Shown here in pieces: positions 61,169 to 64,000 of a stretch of 64,000 nucleotides of DNA; positions within the stretch are counted from its first letter, which is position 1; the number at the start of each line of letters is the position of its first letter. The stretch is from Promethearchaeota archaeon (GTDB lineage: Archaea; Asgardarchaeota; Lokiarchaeia; Sigyniarchaeales; SOKP01). The stretch covers positions 1-64,000 of the forward strand of contig JBHLOC010000002.1 of the NCBI GenBank assembly GCA_048940925.1, read 5' to 3'. The translations under genes and the position numbers were made by a program. The notes under the pieces are model-generated. The model ran no database searches. It worked only from the letters and a program-made list of their open reading frames with translations, and was not told the DNA's origin.

Positions 61169-64000
61169 ATGAAAATAAAAATGTTTAATTATTCTAAGAA
61201 AACGACGCTATTCTTAATTCTATTTAGTATTTGGACAATTTATCCGATTTTTGCTAATATCACTGTTATCAATACAACAATAAATGCTACTCCTGACTCT
61301 CAAGTGCCTCTTTTTACCCAATCGCAAATTCGTTCGCAAGATTTTCTCAAATGGAATGAATTAGCTTCAAAGGTCGATCAGAATGCCAATGGGATTAATG
61401 ATAATTTTGAAGCTAGGTTAAAGGAACTATCTGAAGTTGGATATATTGAAGAAAATGGAAGGAATACCAATGATAAGAATCCTCTTGATGAATTTTTTGG
61501 GATTCAAATCCAAAAACCAAATATAATTACTGTTGATGATGTTCCGATTCTAGTCTCTTTTCCAATAAAAGATTATACGCTAGCCTTATTTCTTTTCGAA
61601 AAATTAGGCGGAAAGGTAAAATCAGATTACGATGCGGCTATATATGGGTTCTCAGGAAGTATTAGCCATGATAACTTGATTGAATTCTGTAGGATGTTAA
61701 AACAAAATAATGTACCATTTCTGGTTGATGAGGATAAAAAATTCCAGGCACATTTATATTATACGGGTCGAAATATGAATCTCAGACCTTATGTATGGAA
61801 TACGCTATCCTATGAGGGAGATGAATATAGTTCAATTGCTATCGTCGATACTGGAGTAGACGATTCTCATAATTTCTTCAGCCCAGGATATTCAGATGGT
61901 AATTTTAACTACAAAATAGTCGGATGGGCCGATAATTATAGTGGAGGGCTTCTTCCTTATGATGATAATGGCCATGGATCACACTGTGCAGGGATTGCAG
62001 CAGGAGAGGGAGGCCCCAATTACGATGGGACTGGGCGTAGTGTTAATACAGCAGCATATACATTTGATTTTACTGGTTATGATATTCCTGAAACTACGCT
62101 TGCGGCAGATTGGACAAGATTCAATGTAACTGATCCAGGTTCAATAGACCTTGAGTGTGAATTTGATGATTATACACCAGGTCCTGATGATTGTGATTTT
62201 TGGGTTTATCTTTATTATGGAAGTACAATGGTTGAATCATATGAAGTAAACACTGATTCCTGGACTCATACTTTATCACATACGGCAACAAGTAGTTCCC
62301 TTGGTCTTTATTCATGGAGATTTGTTATGAATGTTATAGATAATACAGGAGATGGTTATTGTAGTGATTTAAATATTAGATTCAGAAGTGTAATTCATTG
62401 GCCTTTTAATCCAAATGATTTTGGAAGTGGAGATCGTTGGAAAGGAGTAGCTCCTGATGCACATATAGTTGGTGTAAAAGTACTTAACCAATATGGAAGT
62501 GGAGATGTTTCAAATATAATTGATGGAATAGAGTGGGTTATCGATAATAAGTTAGATTATAATATAACTACTATGTCTTTAAGTCTTGGCGGTCCATCAG
62601 GTTATACACCATTGATTATTGCCGTAAATAATGCAGTCGACAATGGAATTGTAACTGTCGTATCAGCTGGAAATGATGGTCCAGGAGACAACCTTGTTGG
62701 TTCTCCTGGTGATGCTGACAATGTAATAACAGTTGCTGCGATGAGTATTGACGATGAAATAACTGATTATAGTAGTGAAGGTGGTTTGTCATATACAGGT
62801 AATACTGTAAAACCAGATATCACCGCTCCTGGTGGAAGTTTCTATAATGTACAGATGTTTTCAACAGATTCGAATGATAATGATGCAATGGGAGCATATC
62901 CTACTGATGTATATGCAAATGATATGGAAGGTGCTCAGGGAACTTCGATGTCTGCTCCTGCTGTCGCTGGAGCATCAAATTTGTTGATTGAGGCTATGGG
63001 AGGTCATGAAAATTGGGGTTATACTGCTATAGAAGCTAAAAGAGTTAAAGCATTATTATTAGCGAGTGCTACTGAAACGTACCCCTTATTGAGAGAAACA
63101 TATGGCACTGATGATTCACCTGTGCTTAATCGCGGTGGCAAAGATGTTCATGAAGGATATGGAAGAATTAATGTTGATATAGCCATAGAAGCATATACCC
63201 AAGAATTGACTTTAGGTTCACAGTATAATGCCTGGATTACAAGTAGTGTTATTGATCCATTCGCTAAACATGGTTTAGGATGTTATGTTAATCTTGTTAG
63301 TGGACAAGGTTATATTTTTACCTTAAACGTTCCTTCAGGAACTGACTTCGACTTGCATTTATACTCTGAAAATGGGACCTCTATAGGGGAGCCTATTATG
63401 GTTGCTTCAAGTACTTCAGCAGGATTAGGAACCAACGAAATACTATCGTATACAGCTACAGTAACAGGAAAATATTACTTAGTTGCAAAAGCGATTTCAG
63501 GAGAAGGAAATGCAATTATATCCTATCCAATCATAGACCACGATCTAAGCGTTTCATTGGAGGTTCCAAATTCTCCACAGAAGGATAATACATATGTTGT
63601 CAATGCAACAGTTACTAACATTGGCAACAATGTAGAAAATAATGTTAATTTAACATTATATCTTGACAGTGTCCCTGTTAATTCAACCATAGGTTTAACT
63701 CTTCCTGCTGGCGCAAGCAAAACTATAAATTATTCATGGACACCTACCGAAAACAGGAACTATAATTTCACAGCTTATGCACCACCTATACCTAGTGAGT
63801 ATACCTTAGATAATAATAAAGTAATTAGGTTACTATATGTCACTTCTTTAGAGAACTATATTATGACTCCAGGAGCTCCTTATAAATGGATAGATGCTTC
63901 TGGTGGAACATCATTAAATTTAGGTGATGACGACTCTGCCGCAATAGCTTTACCATTTACTTTTCCCTTTTACAACGATACTTTTTCAACTGTATATCTA
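61169..64000 (+). CDS. Secreted S8 (subtilisin-like) serine peptidase, truncated by the window end; absent from the ORF track
   Basis: N-terminal signal-like segment; triad motifs IAIVDTGVD, HGSHCAGIAAG and GTSMSAPAVAG; oxyanion-hole SAGND; C-terminal beta-rich domains. Confidence 0.9.
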   Translation, partial: MKIKMFNYSKKTTLFLILFSIWTIYPIFANITVINTTINATPDSQVPLFTQSQIRSQDFLKWNELASKVDQNANGINDNFEARLKELSEVGYIEENGRNTNDKNPLDEFFGIQIQKPNIITVDDVPILVSFPIKDYTLALFLFEKLGGKVKSDYDAAIYGFSGSISHDNLIEFCRMLKQNNVPFLVDEDKKFQAHLYYTGRNMNLRPYVWNTLSYEGDEYSSIAIVDTGVDDSHNFFSPGYSDGNFNYKIVGWADNYSGGLLPYDDNGHGSHCAGIAAGEGGPNYDGTGRSVNTAAYTFDFTGYDIPETTLAADWTRFNVTDPGSIDLECEFDDYTPGPDDCDFWVYLYYGSTMVESYEVNTDSWTHTLSHTATSSSLGLYSWRFVMNVIDNTGDGYCSDLNIRFRSVIHWPFNPNDFGSGDRWKGVAPDAHIVGVKVLNQYGSGDVSNIIDGIEWVIDNKLDYNITTMSLSLGGPSGYTPLIIAVNNAVDNGIVTVVSAGNDGPGDNLVGSPGDADNVITVAAMSIDDEITDYSSEGGLSYTGNTVKPDITAPGGSFYNVQMFSTDSNDNDAMGAYPTDVYANDMEGAQGTSMSAPAVAGASNLLIEAMGGHENWGYTAIEAKRVKALLLASATETYPLLRETYGTDDSPVLNRGGKDVHEGYGRINVDIAIEAYTQELTLGSQYNAWITSSVIDPFAKHGLGCYVNLVSGQGYIFTLNVPSGTDFDLHLYSENGTSIGEPIMVASSTSAGLGTNEILSYTATVTGKYYLVAKAISGEGNAIISYPIIDHDLSVSLEVPNSPQKDNTYVVNATVTNIGNNVENNVNLTLYLDSVPVNSTIGLTLPAGASKTINYSWTPTENRNYNFTAYAPPIPSEYTLDNNKVIRLLYVTSLENYIMTPGAPYKWIDASGGTSLNLGDDDSAAIALPFTFPFYNDTFSTVYL

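Overview
AT-rich archaeal chromosomal segment, most consistent with Asgard archaea (Lokiarchaeia-like). It encodes two Rab-like and one MglA-like small GTPase, a gelsolin-like protein, longin/DENN-like proteins, proteins with an IPGY-TM-basic C-terminal anchor, HdrA-MvhD/HdrB/HdrC, DUF39 homocysteine synthesis genes, AbfD, TldD/E, Cdc6, XerA, HppA and a subtilase that runs off the window end. The main finding is that two protein-coding genes each carry a 31-nt insertion inside an essential motif near the 5' end: purA (WG|DEGKGK P-loop) and a small Zn-ribbon gene (CPE|C). Each insertion folds with its flanks into a bulge-helix-bulge(-like) motif. Cutting at the canonical archaeal splicing-endonuclease positions restores both the frame and the motif exactly, so these are candidate BHB-type mRNA introns in Asgard protein genes. 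Secondary findings are a dif-like 11-6-11 site at the xerA start, a 52-bp direct repeat bounding a decaying 2.7-kb segment, a candidate ~150-nt structured RNA, a small Zn-ribbon gene missed by the ORF track, and tandem vWA-like/Cys-rich paralogs. All family calls come from motif recognition by eye, with no database searches.
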